DNA of 64,000 bases from Diplonema japonicum (taxonomy: Eukaryota; Protista; Euglenozoa: Diplonemea). A model generated the notes under the pieces. The model saw nothing but the letters and a program-made list of their open reading frames with translations, made no database searches and was not told the DNA's origin. Shown piece after piece: positions 1 to 12,400 of the stretch. The stretch's first letter is position 1; each line of letters begins with the position of its first letter. Where the stretch lies: assembly GCA_964019335.1 (NCBI GenBank), contig OZ025665.1, positions 496,001-560,000 of the forward strand, read 5' to 3'. The translations under genes were made by a program, and so were the position numbers.

Positions 1-428
1 TCAGTGGACTCGGTGTTGGTGAAGGTGCACGAGCCGCCGGTGCAGGGGACGTGCTTCTGCTCCGTCGAGAGGACCGAGCCGGCCAGGGGAGCAGAGTGGG
101 CCCCGATGAAGTGGATAGTCCCCTGCGACTGGCACTGGAACTGGCCCCCTGCGGGGAGGAGGAAGTAGCAGTCCCCTGCGCTCCCGCTGTCCGCCGCTGA
201 CCACTTCCTGCTGCAGTAGGTCATCTGCCCGTCGCTGCAGCTGAACGACCCCTCCGTCTCCCCAGACGCAAGCTCTACCTGGAAGAAAATGCTCACAGCC
301 TCGTCCGCGCTTCCTGTGTTTCGGTAGTTGCAGTTCCCACTTCCCGACGGGCAGTTGATGGATGTCCACTGCATCGCCTGCGCTGAAGCAACGGTCAGCA
401 GGACCAGCGCTGTTCGTATCGCGGTCAT
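1..428 (-). CDS. Secreted Cys-rich protein, 5' part (runs off the window edge; absent from the ORF track)
   Basis: Manual translation from ATG at 426-428 gives MTAIRTALVLLTVASAQAMQWTSINCPSGSGNCNYRNT...CTGGSCTFTNTEST. It has a signal-peptide-like start, an internal Cys repeat and is open to position 1. An A-rich leader precedes it, as for other genes here. Confidence 0.75.
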   Translation of the reverse strand, partial: MTAIRTALVLLTVASAQAMQWTSINCPSGSGNCNYRNTGSADEAVSIFFQVELASGETEGSFSCSDGQMTYCSRKWSAADSGSAGDCYFLLPAGGQFQCQSQGTIHFIGAHSAPLAGSVLSTEQKHVPCTGGSCTFTNTEST

Positions 429-744
429 ATTCTTTTTTTTCCTCTTTATAAACCTGTATATTTTTTTTTTTTAATTCCACCCCCTCTTGGTCCAGCCAGA
501 CACCCCACCCAGCTGGGCTAAGTGGATGTGTTGAGACGTTCGTGCTTTCATGTCGGCCTGAGTATTGAATCAGAATATGAGCAAATGCTACTACCTTGGA
601 CGAAGGACCAGACACTCGAATGAAGCGACAGAAAATACAAGCAACGCAGGTACATAAAAAATAAGGTGCAAACTAACAAGGTCATCGGCTGAGCAACCGG
701 AATAAAGAGGCAAGATGGGAGAAAGAGCTACTCTTTTTTAATTT

Positions 745-1512
745 CTAGCTCTCATCACAAGAGGTAGATGTGCAACTGCGGCGTGGGGTGAAGGAGCAGT
801 CACGTCTGGGGGTTGAGTCCCATCTCATGCGCTTTGCAGGGCGCTGGGGTGATCGAGGTTCCTCCGAATCAATGAGCGATGAGAGGGCGTCGTCTACAGT
901 ACGGTGGTCGACTTGCTTGACTAACATGCAGAGCTCCTCGCCGGTGTTGGTGAGGACAAGGCGGAGGGAGTGCTTCTTAAAGTAGCTGGCAAGGGGAACA
1001 CGGCCTTCAGATGCCTTTCGTGCTTCCATGACCTTGAGAATACGCGAGGAGGCAGTGCTGAACACTTGACACCCTGAACAGAACTCGTATGTGAAGACAG
1101 GTGTTGCACACAATAGGCAATTCCCAGTGGTGGGCTCATCATGGCACCATTCCATGAGCCACTGCTTCATCGACTGCAGCAGCTTGTCATGTGTCTCCTC
1201 ACTCAACTGGGTTTGTTTGTGCGGTTCAATCTGGTAGTACTTCCGCAGTACTTCTACACTCGCGGACTTGCCCCCGTACTGCACCTGCGAAATGGCCTCC
1301 CCCTTTTCTAGCATATCGACACACACTCGCAAGTCCTTTATCAGGTAGCTTCCCACAACGCACTTTGCCACCCTGTATATGCGCTCCGCCTGCTTCATCC
1401 TCACCGTCGCGTTGCACATGAAGAACTCTGACACCAGCCGCACAAGATCCTTGCACAGCTCACGGCCGTGCAGGCCTCTTATAACTTGTAACCTTGCGGA
1501 CTTCGCACTCAT
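745..1512 (-). CDS. Hypothetical protein of a local Cys-motif family (CxxC; C-terminal PLxxxxKKH...LxVKQ)
   Basis: 255-aa ATG ORF. Shares an N-terminal LxKDL/VxxxVxxF/Y helix, CLLC and a KKH...VKQ block with 5128..5814 and 26365..27114. Confidence 0.65.
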   Translation of the reverse strand: MSAKSARLQVIRGLHGRELCKDLVRLVSEFFMCNATVRMKQAERIYRVAKCVVGSYLIKDLRVCVDMLEKGEAISQVQYGGKSASVEVLRKYYQIEPHKQTQLSEETHDKLLQSMKQWLMEWCHDEPTTGNCLLCATPVFTYEFCSGCQVFSTASSRILKVMEARKASEGRVPLASYFKKHSLRLVLTNTGEELCMLVKQVDHRTVDDALSSLIDSEEPRSPQRPAKRMRWDSTPRRDCSFTPRRSCTSTSCDES

Positions 1513-2027
1513 TATCGTTTTCTTTTAAAAAAAAAGAAAGATGTGTATCACCCCAACCTAAAGGTGCGTTTGGTTTTTTTTTGACGGGAAAAGGTATAAT
1601 AAAGGAAACAAGGCTTCGAGGCCAAAAGGTGGGCACTCGATAGGCATCATTTTTATTGCTAACGTTGTTCAAATAGGAGTAATAGGGATAGGGGTTAGGG
1701 GGTAGCGGAAGGTGTGGTTCAGCTATTGATCGGCTCACCTTGCACAGAGAGATAGAGAAAGACGGTGTGCATGATGCACCGCGAGCGTTGCGACACAGAA
1801 AAGAAAAAGGTAAATGCTTCCTTGCGGTTGATGTCCCTGTGGATGGGGGCTGTTTCATCATTTTACTTTGCAAGAAAGAAGGGGGTCATAAGGGGGTGGT
1901 TAGAGGCCCAAAATACCCTTAGCGAAAAACTGAAATTTTGCAAAAAGTGGCCCTTTTTAAGGATTATATGTTGGCAAGAAACGGGGAAACGTTTCCGTTT
2001 CTGTTTCCTTAATTTTCCTTCACAGAG

Positions 2028-2210
2028 CATCCGCCCTGTCGCAGGTTAATTTCATTGTTCCATTAGATTGGGGGCTTCTCCTCACACTTCGACACAGAAG
2101 CATGGAACATGTCAGCAAACAGCTTCACATGCAACAGCAGCGTCTCCACCATTATCACCTCTCTATCACCCACAGCTGTTAAGTACCCCATCACCTCCTC
2201 CATCACATAA
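2028..2210 (-). pseudogene. Deleted fragment of the 5128..5814 gene
   Basis: Near-identical blocks to about 5537-5730 (catccgccctgtc; ttctcctcacacttc; ggaacatgtcagcaaacagcttcacatgcaacagcagcgtctc) with internal deletions. Confidence 0.75.
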
Positions 2211-2544
2211 AAAAAGAGAAATTCGATACATTACATGCAAGCTCCACGTGAGAACCGGAAGAAGAGGCTGCAATGCAACAAACAGTAGGAGAAGAAGAGA
2301 AAAAGAGAAAAAGAGAAAAAGAGAAAAAGAGAAAAAGAGAAAAAGAGAGGTACAGTATGATCTGATACTTCGCCTTGCACCGCGAGCATCACGATCACTG
2401 AGAGGGAAAACATTTCTTTCTTCCAAATGCTGATGGGGGTCATTCATTGACCTTCTCACCATCTGAGGAAGAGTAGGGCAAGGAAGAGCAAGTAAAAAAA
2501 AAAAGAATTCACTATGATAGGAACGAAGTGGTTAGCAACGGCCC

Positions 2545-2591
<47 letters not shown>

Positions 2592-3129
2592 ATTCTTTTA
2601 AGGTATGCGTTTTTACGATCACCGGCTGCGCTGTTCTTTAAAAAAAAACTCTAATTTGGCGCTTCATTTGGTTGTGGTAACGAGCGGGATTTTGCCTAAT
2701 AAAATAGCTCATTACGCTGCCATCAACTAGTTTTTAGTCTCGACAATAATATTGTTAAAACAAAAACAAAAAAAGAGAGGAAAAAGCATATAAACATCAA
2801 CGTTAAGAGTAGTTGGAGCTTAAAACTTGTTGCTGCTTCTGAATGCGTCAAGGCTGCCTTTGGGCCGTATTTTTAACTATTACACATTTTTGGTGCTGTG
2901 ACTGAAGACAACCTGCTGGCGTTCACTTGTCTATTCCTTCACTCGCACCATGTTCCCTCACCATTGTCGCACCTCACCATCGCTCCAAAGGGTGCTTCTG
3001 TTCGGGGGCATGACGTTAAACGCTTCTGCAGAAGGGTTTATTATTTCTTGAAACAAACCGGAAAAGGTTTGGTCGTGGTTAGGATGTCTAAAATATCTTC
3101 GCTTTTGTACTAAAGGCTTGAGTTGTTCG

Positions 3130-3580
3130 TTTCCCTTTCCATTGCTCACTGTGGTACTCTGCGAACTGTTTGGTTCACTTTATTTTATCAATTCTTCCTC
3201 TTCTTCCAACAGCCTCGCGTAGCAAGGTGCTGAAGTCCTTCATTGTGAGCTGCTTAACTCGGAGGGTGATTGCATTGCTGCCATGCTCCAGACAGACAGC
3301 GAGACAGTGCTTCTTCAGCATCCTGCTCAGAGGGATGGTGTCGGGGGGGCGAACAATGAGGAACTTTGCACAAGAAGTGTCTTGAACCACCTGTTTGACT
3401 GTGCTGGTCGAGTACCCCAAGCTCTACCCCTTCTTTAAAAGTAGCATCATTACTAGCACAAGTGCCTCTTTAGACAGACGTCCAAACTTTACCTCAAGGG
3501 GCTGCATTTCTCTGTGTGCTCAGTAAATTCAGAAGCAGCGCGGTGAGTGAAAAAGGAAACAGAGGAGCAAGGAGACACAT
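3130..3580 (-). pseudogene. Internally deleted copy of the 5128..5814 gene
   Basis: The 3' part (IVRPPDTIPLSRMLKKHCL...RVKQLTMKDFST) is joined almost directly to the 5' part (accccttctttaaaagtagcatcat...gctgcatttctctgtgtgc). The middle of roughly 400 bp is missing. Confidence 0.8.
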
Positions 3581-3706
3581 CAACCCCCCCAACAAAAAAA
3601 CACCACTTTTTTTTTTAGTCTCCGACCCAAATAAAATACATGCCCAGTGCAAAAGGTGGGTAGGGGGATCGATACAATGTCCTCTCACCAAGACATTAAC
3701 ATCATT

Positions 3707-3992
3707 CTGCTGCCTGCTGCCTGAGGTGTTGAGGAGATGGATGGCATCTGAGTGAGTAACAAGGCTTGGAGTCCTGCCGTGGCGATTTGGCTCCAGGAGA
3801 AGAGTGGTTCGGGACTTTATTTCTCCCCAAGTCAATAGTTAACATAAATTATTATACTTCTTTATCACCATTCTGCTTTATACCGGTCTTTGGACTTAAT
3901 ATGGAACGAAAGGATGAATTATGTAATTTCTTTTCGATTTTCGAAAACCGATTTGAAACACTTTCCGGGAAATTAGGGATTCTTATTTATTA
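3707..3992. repeat. About 290-bp non-coding segment, copy 1 (copy 2 at about 5937-6222)
   Basis: ctgcctgctgcctgaggtgtt...gaaattagggattcttatttat is nearly identical in both places. Each copy lies just upstream of a family gene copy. Confidence 0.9.
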
Positions 3993-5127
3993 GGCTTGGA
4001 GTCCTGCCGTGGCCGGTTTGGCTCCAGGAGCTCCTGTCGTAGCCGTGTGCCGTCGGGCTTGCACCCTTATCTTTGCATTGGCTGGGAAGGCATTACCATC
4101 AGATGCCCACATGAGTCAGCGCATCATTCCGGCCTTTTCTGTGAGCCAGTAGTCCACCGAGGGAGTGCGTGGCCAGCTCGCCACTTCCATCATAGTAATG
4201 ACATACCTCAAGCTCTGCTGTGTTTTCCTTTTCATCCATTTTCTTCCTTATGCTTCATTCGCACAAGTTTTGACGTGTTATTTTTTTCTTTTTCTTTTTT
4301 TTTTTACTTGCTTATGTTGTACCAACTCCCCCTTTACAGGGTCGTACACCGTGTTCCTGTGGCCTAGGGGGCATGGCCATATATATGGCACCTTGTCTTC
4401 CAGAAGTCCATTTTAATAATTTCACACAACAACAATTAAACTCCACCCTTGACTCACGTAAGAAGAGGTGTCGTATTCACAAACATAACTCTGAAGACCT
4501 TGGTTCCCTTGTACTTTGCATTCCAGTAAGTAGAAAAATATATAATAGCAGTCACATAGCCAACTCTTGGGGCCATGCCGTGTATCGGAAGTCTCCGCGT
4601 GTACAGGGGACCTGTGCGTGCCCAGGTCTGCTTCGCACTAATTGAATACCGAACCGATTAAACATTTGTTACCAGTATCGGTATAATGTGTATGTTGTCG
4701 AACAAGTTTCAAGATGGAAGGGAATAGGGGGGAGGGAGGGAGGGAGGGAGAGTCTCCCAAAAGAGTAGGTTGATTGTTATTTGTACAGCAAAAAAATATA
4801 TATGAGCTTGTCCGGAAAAAAATGTCAACAAATGACCCTCTTTTGCAACGGAAAACTTTGTGTTTAGAATTGCGATCTAAGTGTTCACTATATAGGTCAC
4901 AATGCGCGCCGTTCGTTTCATTTCTAAAACGCGTGTGCAAAAACATGCTTTTTTCAAAAATAGTCTGCCACCCTCATGGCAAAACAAGCATCGCAATTGA
5001 AAGAACGGCAACAGGTACACCATATATGTCATTTTCCCATGGTTGCATGCTGCCCTTTTTTTGCTCAAATAATTAAAACAAAAAACCCCATTTATGACAA
5101 TCTTCTTCTTCCAGCAGCCTCGCGTAG

Positions 5128-5814
5128 CTAGGTGCTGAAGCCCTTCATTGTGAGCTGCTTGACTCGGAGGGTGATAGTATTGTTTTCATGTTCCAGAAAG
5201 CCAGTGAGACAGTGCTTCTTCATCATCCTGCTCAGAGGGATGGTGTCGGGGGGGCGAACAATGAGAGACCTTGCAAGGGAAGTGTCTTCAAGTACCTGTT
5301 TAACTGTTCTGCGTAAGTAGCCTGGAAGTACAGTGGTGCCGCATAGCAAGCATGTTACAGAACAGATAGTATGATACGAGTTCGTACCGACTCCGGGACA
5401 TAGGCAGCCTTTCCTCAGCTCTGTCACTTTGTAGTCCGCAGTGAGCAGGTGTTCACGCATCACATCCAGCAGCAGGGGCCAGTCCTCCTGTCTCGCATAG
5501 ATGTCTATTGGACAAGAAGCGCTGTACCACTCTACCCATCCGCCCTGTCTGTCAGTTGCAAAATTCCAATAAATTGCGGATTTCTCCTCACACTTCAACA
5601 CCACATCACAAACAGCATGCACAAGGAACATGTCAGCAAACAGCTTCACATGCAACAGCAGCGTCTCTACCATTATCACCTCCCTATCACCCACAGCTGT
5701 TAAGTACCCCACCACCTCCTCCATCACATCTTTGAACAACCCCTTCTTTAAAAGTAGCATCATTATTAGCACAGGTGCCTCTTTAGACAGACGTCCAAGC
5801 TTAACGGGCTGCAT
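5128..5814 (-). CDS. Hypothetical Cys-motif family protein, best-preserved copy of the tandem array (probable premature stop near the C-terminus)
   Basis: 228-aa ATG ORF. Its TAG corresponds to TTG (Leu) in the copies at about 3224 and 6870, which continue LLREAVG. Confidence 0.55.
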   Translation of the reverse strand: MQPVKLGRLSKEAPVLIMMLLLKKGLFKDVMEEVVGYLTAVGDREVIMVETLLLHVKLFADMFLVHAVCDVVLKCEEKSAIYWNFATDRQGGWVEWYSASCPIDIYARQEDWPLLLDVMREHLLTADYKVTELRKGCLCPGVGTNSYHTICSVTCLLCGTTVLPGYLRRTVKQVLEDTSLARSLIVRPPDTIPLSRMMKKHCLTGFLEHENNTITLRVKQLTMKGFST

Positions 5815-5936
5815 TTCTCTGTGTGCAGTTCAGTAAATTCAGAAGCAGCAACACGGTGAGTGAGGAAAACAGAGGATCAAGGAGTCGCATTAAAAGGAAC
5901 CCCCCCTCCTAAAAACGCCGCACTCATCCTGCTGCC

Positions 5937-6222
5937 TGCTGCCTGCTGCCTGAGGTGTTAAGGAGATGGATGGCATCTGAGTGAGTAACAAGGCTTGGAG
6001 TCCTGCCGTGGCGATTTGGCTCCAGGAGAAAGTGGTTCGGGACTTTATTTCTCCCCAAGTCAATAGTTAACATAAATTATTAATAAATACTTCTTTATCA
6101 CCATTCTGCTTTATACCCGTCTTTGGACTTAATATGGAACGAAAGGATGAATTATGTAATTTCTTTTCGCTTTTCGAAAACCGATTTGAAACACTTTCCG
6201 CGAAATTAGGGATTCTTATTTA
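5937..6222. repeat. About 290-bp non-coding segment, copy 2
   Basis: Matches 3707-3992. Confidence 0.9.
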
Positions 6223-6739
6223 TTGTTTTTTATTTATTTTTTTGTTTCAGTTCTTTTTTACGGCGAAAATAACTTTGGGTATCTTTGAACCTTTTGCGTT
6301 TAATATTAAGTACGGTACAAATAAATGAAGAATAAATGGGGCTTTGATTGCAACACCAGTCAGCGTTAAGTGATGTAACTTAACAAGAACTGTCTACTTG
6401 ATTACAAGAAACGCACCTCGGCCGAGCTGCAGCTTCTTCTGCGTTCCGCGTCTTGTCCTTAATGCGTAACCAAGATTCTGCGCTCGTGCAGTTTGCTGCC
6501 TGTTCGTCGGGAGCTACCGGGTGATGACCGACGAGGATGTCGACTGCGAACAACACATCTGATGTACTTCTTATATTTCCATGTTATCACCAATAAAAAA
6601 AAGAGACTATTTACAATAGAATTTACAATAAACGAAATTAGAAGATCATTTTCCTGTTTCAGAGATTCTTCTTTTTATTTTCTAGTATTGGCCAGGTTGT
6701 CATGGGATTTGCCAGTCTAACATTTTTCACTTTACAGTA

Positions 6740-7580
6740 CTTGTGAACCATGCGTCCCTTTCCATTGCTGAGGCGTGCTGTGCGCACAGGTAGCCATTTG
6801 GTAGGTCTGCGGGTGGGACGCTTTTTAAAATTATTTACAATCTTCTTCTTCCCAACAGCCTCGCGTAGCAAGGTGCTGAAGTCATTCATTGTGAGCTGCT
6901 TGACTCGGAGGGTGATTGCATTGCTGCCATGCTCCAGAAAGACAGCGAGACAGTGCTTCTTCATCATCCCGCTCAGAGTGGTGAACAATGAGGGACCTTG
7001 CAAGGGAAGTGTCTTCAAGTACCTCTCTAACTGTTCCGTGTAAGGACCCGTTGGGTACAGTGGTGCCGCATTCCAAGCATCTTGCTAAACGTCGACAGGT
7101 AAATTCGAGCTACTAACGACCCCGGAACATGGGCAGTAATGCTTCGGCTCTGTCAGTCTGTAGTCCGCAGTGAGCAGGTGTTCACGCATCACATCCAGCA
7201 GCAGGGGCCAGTCCTCCTGTCTCGCTTGGATGTCTGTTGGATAAGAAGCGCTGTACCACTCTGTCCATCCGCCCTGTCTCACAGTTGCAGGATTCCAATA
7301 GATTGCGGATTTCTCCTCACACTTCGACACCACCTCACGAGTAGCATGCACAAAAAACATGTCAGCAAACAGCTTCACGTGCAACAGCAGCGTCTCCACC
7401 ATTATCATCTCCCTATCACCCACAGTTGTTAAGTACCCCACCACCTCCTCCATCACATCTTTGACACCATTATTAGCAGAGGTGCCTCTTTAGACAGACG
7501 TCGATGCTTTTGCTCAACGCAAATTCAGAAGCAACAACACGGTGTATGAAAAAGGAAACAGAGGAGCAAGGAGACACATC
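6740..7580 (-). pseudogene. Frameshifted copy of the 5128..5814 gene
   Basis: Homology is split over ORFs 7085..7456, 6882..7076 and 6659..7018 in different frames, with small deletions. Confidence 0.8.
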
Positions 7581-7768
7581 AAAAATGTATGAGTCAATTT
7601 TAAAAACTCCCTCAAAAAAGAAAACCATCGTTTCAGGTAGGCGGTGACCCGAGGAGAAGAGTGATCTCCTGTCGTAGCCGTGTGAGGAGGTGAGGGGGTG
7701 CTCACCATTCATTAAGAAAATCACATCAACCGGTAGAAAAGGTGAATATTGTCAGAAAACCACCAACC

Positions 7769-7852
7769 CGAACATCCTTTTTCTCCTGTGGATCTATCAG
7801 CACTGTTCCCGGAGAAGACGTCTTCGGCACACTTCATCGTGGTTCTGTAGTA
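7769..7852 (-). pseudogene. Isolated fragment of the lectin/mucin/7TM genes
   Basis: 7793-7834 is identical over 42 bp to 19389-19430 (also present in paralogs 3 and 4), with degenerate flanks. Confidence 0.85.
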
Positions 7853-8606
7853 CTAAGTGTTGCTGTTGGAGGGAAGAGCGATGGTCGTCTCTAATGTAAA
7901 GTGCGGCCGGTGTTTTCCCAAACAAACAGCTTCTGGGGCCGCTACAGCGGGTTAATGGGAACAAACCGCATTGCATGCATCCTTAGATGTGACATGAGGA
8001 GGGCAGAGTTGGAACAAGCTAATAATTCCCCAGAGGGGGAAAAAAAAAAAATATAGATACGTATTTAAAAAAAAAAAAAAAAAAAGGAAATGGAAAAGGA
8101 GCAAGAATTCGGGAATAAAAAAATAAAAAAATAAAAAAATAAATAAAAACTTATCGCACCGATGCTGCTCATGGTTCGCATCCATCGTGTCTTGTTGGCA
8201 GCCTCTAGGCACCACTCTATATGGAGCTTCATCTCTATTCGGTATGCCCGTTGTGCAGAGGTTCGTCCTCCGGCTTGTTAGCCCGCAACGCGTGTCCCAG
8301 TACCTCCGTGTAACTCCAGTACCGCTCCCCCACACGTCAAAGAAAAAAAAAAGGGGAAAAAAAAAAAAAGACAGAAGAGGCCCAAAAAGGGCTGATGATG
8401 GATCGTTAAAAAAAGGGGGGGGGGGTTGTGAAGGAAAACGGTAAGAAAACTTTTTCGATGAAGACTACGACAGCGCAGGGCGCGTTCCAGTTTCGAAGAA
8501 AAAAAAAAGGAAAAAAAAATCAGAATTTAAACCAATTTTAAACCAAAAAAGGTATTACAATAAGTAGGGGCCGCGTTTTTACAAAAGACCAGTCAGCGCC
8601 ACGTGG

Positions 8607-8624
8607 GTGGCATCATACCTTGCG
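8607..8624 (+). repeat. 18-bp direct repeat, left copy (candidate target-site duplication)
   Basis: gtggcatcataccttgcg is identical at 8607-8624 and 17336-17353, bracketing the retrotransposon. Confidence 0.5.
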
Positions 8625-9415
8625 GGAATGGTAGGTATTTAAGCGGGGAGGTGTCGCCATCTGAACGCCACCCCCCCCTCCCCTCCCCCTAAAAAAACAC
8701 CTCACACATGTGCCCGAAGAGACGATACTGGCTATTGCTAAAAACTTTCTTTTTTCCACTATACGCACGATTTAAAAAAAAAAAAAAAAAAAAAAAAAGA
8801 GAGAGAGAGGAAAGGGTAGGGGAAATTTAAAAAAATTCATATAAACTTTTTTTTTATTGACTTGTGCGGTACCCTTGACTTTGGTACCCCACTTCAATAT
8901 AGTTTTTAAAGAATTTTGTTTAATAAATATTTTTTTTAGTAATATTTCTTTTTCTTTTTTTTTTAAACTTTTTTTTTGAAAAAAAAGGTTACGGGTTGTA
9001 TATCGTTCAAATAAGCGACCTTTTATAGGTTGGTCTACACAGAGAGAGGAGAAATAGCTAAAGAGGGGGAAAAAGGGGGGGGGGGGGTGTCTTTTGACAA
9101 AGAAGGGAACCTGCAGTATGTGATAGGATCGCCTTTAAAAAAAAAGAAAAAGAACCAGAGTTTAAAGTTAGCCTTCTCATAAAAAAAAAAAAAAGATTAG
9201 CAGCAAATACCTGCCGTAAGGGGTGCAAGAATCGGGGGGACAGGCACTATCAGACTTTAACAAATTGAATATACAAAGTCCTTTTGCACACGGAGGGAGT
9301 TAAACCCCACCCCACCCACTCCCTCTTGCACATCTTACGTTTAATTCTTTCTTTAAAAAAAAACTCATAGTAAAAGACAATCCCACTCGAGGACAGCCTC
9401 TTGTGGTGTGAGTTC

Positions 9416-12400
9416 CTATCTATTAATGCTCCCCTTCTGGAGCATAGCCTTCGTTCCTATTGTCGCCTTTAAAGCTTTTCGTAGTCTCGACACGCGTTCT
9501 TTCTTGTATGTCCCTTTCAACTCCTGTAGCTTTTGCGCTGTCTGTCTTGCTGCGAAGATCGGTCTCCTGTTAAAGCCTATTGCAGCCTTGCCTCCGATCG
9601 CTGTGAGCGACTTGACCCTCTTTGCCCCGTCCGCAGGGAAGGGGCGTCTTATCCGTCTCGTTCTGCACACTGCGTTGGCTCTCTCCACCAACAGCTTGAT
9701 TCTGCGTGCCTTCCTCTGCATGTTGTAGACTCCCAGTGACTTTCCGGTTGTCTCCTCAAAGTCGAGTGCAAGTTCAGCTGCCGAAACCTCCGAGTCGGTG
9801 TCGCCCTCCACCCATCGCAGCTTTCCCATCCATTCCAGTAGTGGTTCCCCGAATTGCTCCAGCAGTCCCACCACTGTCCCCAGCTGTGCTGTCGTCGGTA
9901 CCGGGGTCACTTTGCCTGTCACTTCCCGCTCCCATGGTAGCTTCTTGTTGCCGCCTTCTGCCTGCATCAGCCCTTCGTCCCGCTTTTCCACCACCATTGC
10001 CAGGTATCGCTGCAGCTTCTCCAGGTGTTCGAACCCGTTCCCCCTTGGTAGGATGGCATGCAGCTCGAGGCAGAGCGGCCATCCCGTCCTGTCGCGCAGT
10101 GGTTCCATCTCCTCCCGTATCAGCTCCTCTCGTGCTGGCGGGCACTCGTACAGCTGGTGGCGTAGCAGTGTTACTGTGTCCGCATGCTTGGTCGGGCAGA
10201 GGTCACATTCAAATCCCGACTCGTCTTGTCCTTCATGCGCCGCTGGCTCGTCTTGATCTTCCTCTTCTTCGCTCCGTCCCTCGGACTCGTCGTCCTCCTT
10301 CGTGGGGGGTACACACTTTGGTCCTGCTCTGGCATACGGACTTAGGTAGGGGATCCCTCCCGCAATTACCCTCTTGATACAGAAAGCTAGATGGCGATCT
10401 TTAGCTGTCCTCCAGAGGTCATTCGTTTTGGGATCTGCTCCTTCCCCGAGTCCGCTGACCGTCTTCCGTTCCGTTGCTAGTGTCGCACTCCTGGCTGCCC
10501 TTACAGCCGCCCTGAAGGCGCTTCCTCGCTTGGGCCACTCAAGTTCTGTGGCTATTTCCATCTTCTCCCAGTCCCATCCGATTCTCGGCATCCACCTGCA
10601 TATCAGATTCCCCACCGGTCCCAGGGGGGTCCTCTGTGAGCCGTACCTCTGCACTATTTGTCGCACTCTCTGTCCAAGACCTGTCCTTTCCAGCGCGCTC
10701 GATATCACTTTTAGCGAGTGACAGATGACGTAGGACAACGGGTCATTGATGTGTCCTTTCAGCAAAACCGTATTCACCGCTGCAGGCGATCGTCCTCGGA
10801 AGTGAGGCCCCCATAGGTTGCAGGTCACTCTCGTTGTTAGCTTCTTCAGCGCCTCATCACTCGGAGGGGAGAACGGGCTGCTGTAGAGGCACGACGGCAA
10901 GACCGATGTTCCAATCAGGTATCCTTTTGTTTCGAAGGACAGGCTTGTCCCTCCCAGCCGGTCTAGCTTGTTGGCCGCTTCCGTCGCTGGCTCGTTCCAC
11001 GTCGTTCCTGTCCTGTTCGTGAACACCATCACGCCCAGTGCCTTGAACGACGTCACTGTTCTATAGGGGACTGCGACCTCTCTCCCTTTCTGTGTTACTG
11101 TCCTATCACCCAGCACTTTTGACCGGAAGCCCTTCTTCGTGCCAAACGCTACCGTTTTCTCCGGGTTAAGCTTCATCCCAGTGAGTCCGCAGAACTCCAA
11201 AGTTCCGTTTACCGCAGCCTGCAAGGTCTTCTCCAACTCTGCCAGAAGGTACGTGTCATCTGCATAGGACAGAACCTCCGTTCCAGGTGCTTCCTTCTCG
11301 ATTGTCCTGATCATCACCGCCAGTAAGGCGTTTATAATGATCACCGACAGCGGGCACCCCTGGAGTATCCCATTCGTTGCTTTAAAGGTGGCCCCTATTC
11401 CTATGGGGAACTTGAATCTCCTCGAGATTTGCCCGTACATTCCTTGGAGTGCTCGTGCGATTGCTGGGTCTAGTCCCAGGGCCAGCATCAGTTCGTGCGA
11501 CAATTGTTGCGGGACCAGGTCGAAGCACTTCCTGAAGTCCAATGCAAGTCCTTCTAGCGGCTCGTCCTCCACCAGTGCCAGTTCTAGCTTCGTGCATAAG
11601 TCAATCAGCGCCGAGGTCGTGCTGTGTTTAGGCCTGAAACCATGTTGTCGTGGTGTGATCCACCTCTCCTGCCATTTCAGTACCTGCACCAGTCGTGCAC
11701 TTGCCCACAGCCGGTAAATGGTACTGGTCACTGTGATCGGTCGGTGATCCAGAGGTGCCGTTCCTTCCCCCTTTGGGATGAGGGATACGAGTGCCGTCGT
11801 GACCTGCATCGGCCATTCGCCCGTCTCCTCTATCAAGTTGAAGAGGTCCGCAAACGCTTGTAGGATCGGAGCCGGCAGGCGCTTCAACTCACCAATCCGC
11901 CAGCCGTCCACGCCGCATGCCCCCTTGTCCGCTTTCTTACCGATCACCTCTTTCAGCAGCTTGGCGTCGATGGGGGCGTGTGCCATCGGGTTGCTCTTGA
12001 TGTGCTCACCGTACCGTCTCTGGAACTCGTCGAACTGCGGCTCGTCTTCTGGTGTTCGTGCGCAGAAGATGTCCGACCACGCCGTCCGCATCACTTTGTC
12101 CATCTTCTTCAGGTTGGCCGTCACTCCCCCGTCTGCTGCATCCACTGTTTGTGTCCCTTGCTTGGTGCTGTTATTCATCCAGGCCGTCACGTGCCTTCTC
12201 TCCTTCGCGAAGTTTGTGCGGATCGAACGTTCGTAGGCACGCGTTTGTGCTCTTTTCCTGCTCGTTATCAGGTCAGCAAGCTCTCCCTCGGTGAAGCATT
12301 CAGCCACTTCTAGGTCCTCCTGGATCACGTCTACGCTCTCTGCGTCGTCCACACGGCAGTGTTCTATCCCCAGCTCTCCTCCTAGCTTTGAGATGTTCCT

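Noticed and set aside
1-615. 204-aa ORF from the track
   Set aside because: It starts at GTG and crosses homopolymer spacer DNA. The overlapping frame from ATG 428 has a signal peptide and is the better gene.
9416-10400. RNase H domain in ORF2, as in ingi-type elements
   Set aside because: No recognisable RNase H motif set after the RT. Only an acidic linker and a CCHC-type motif are seen.
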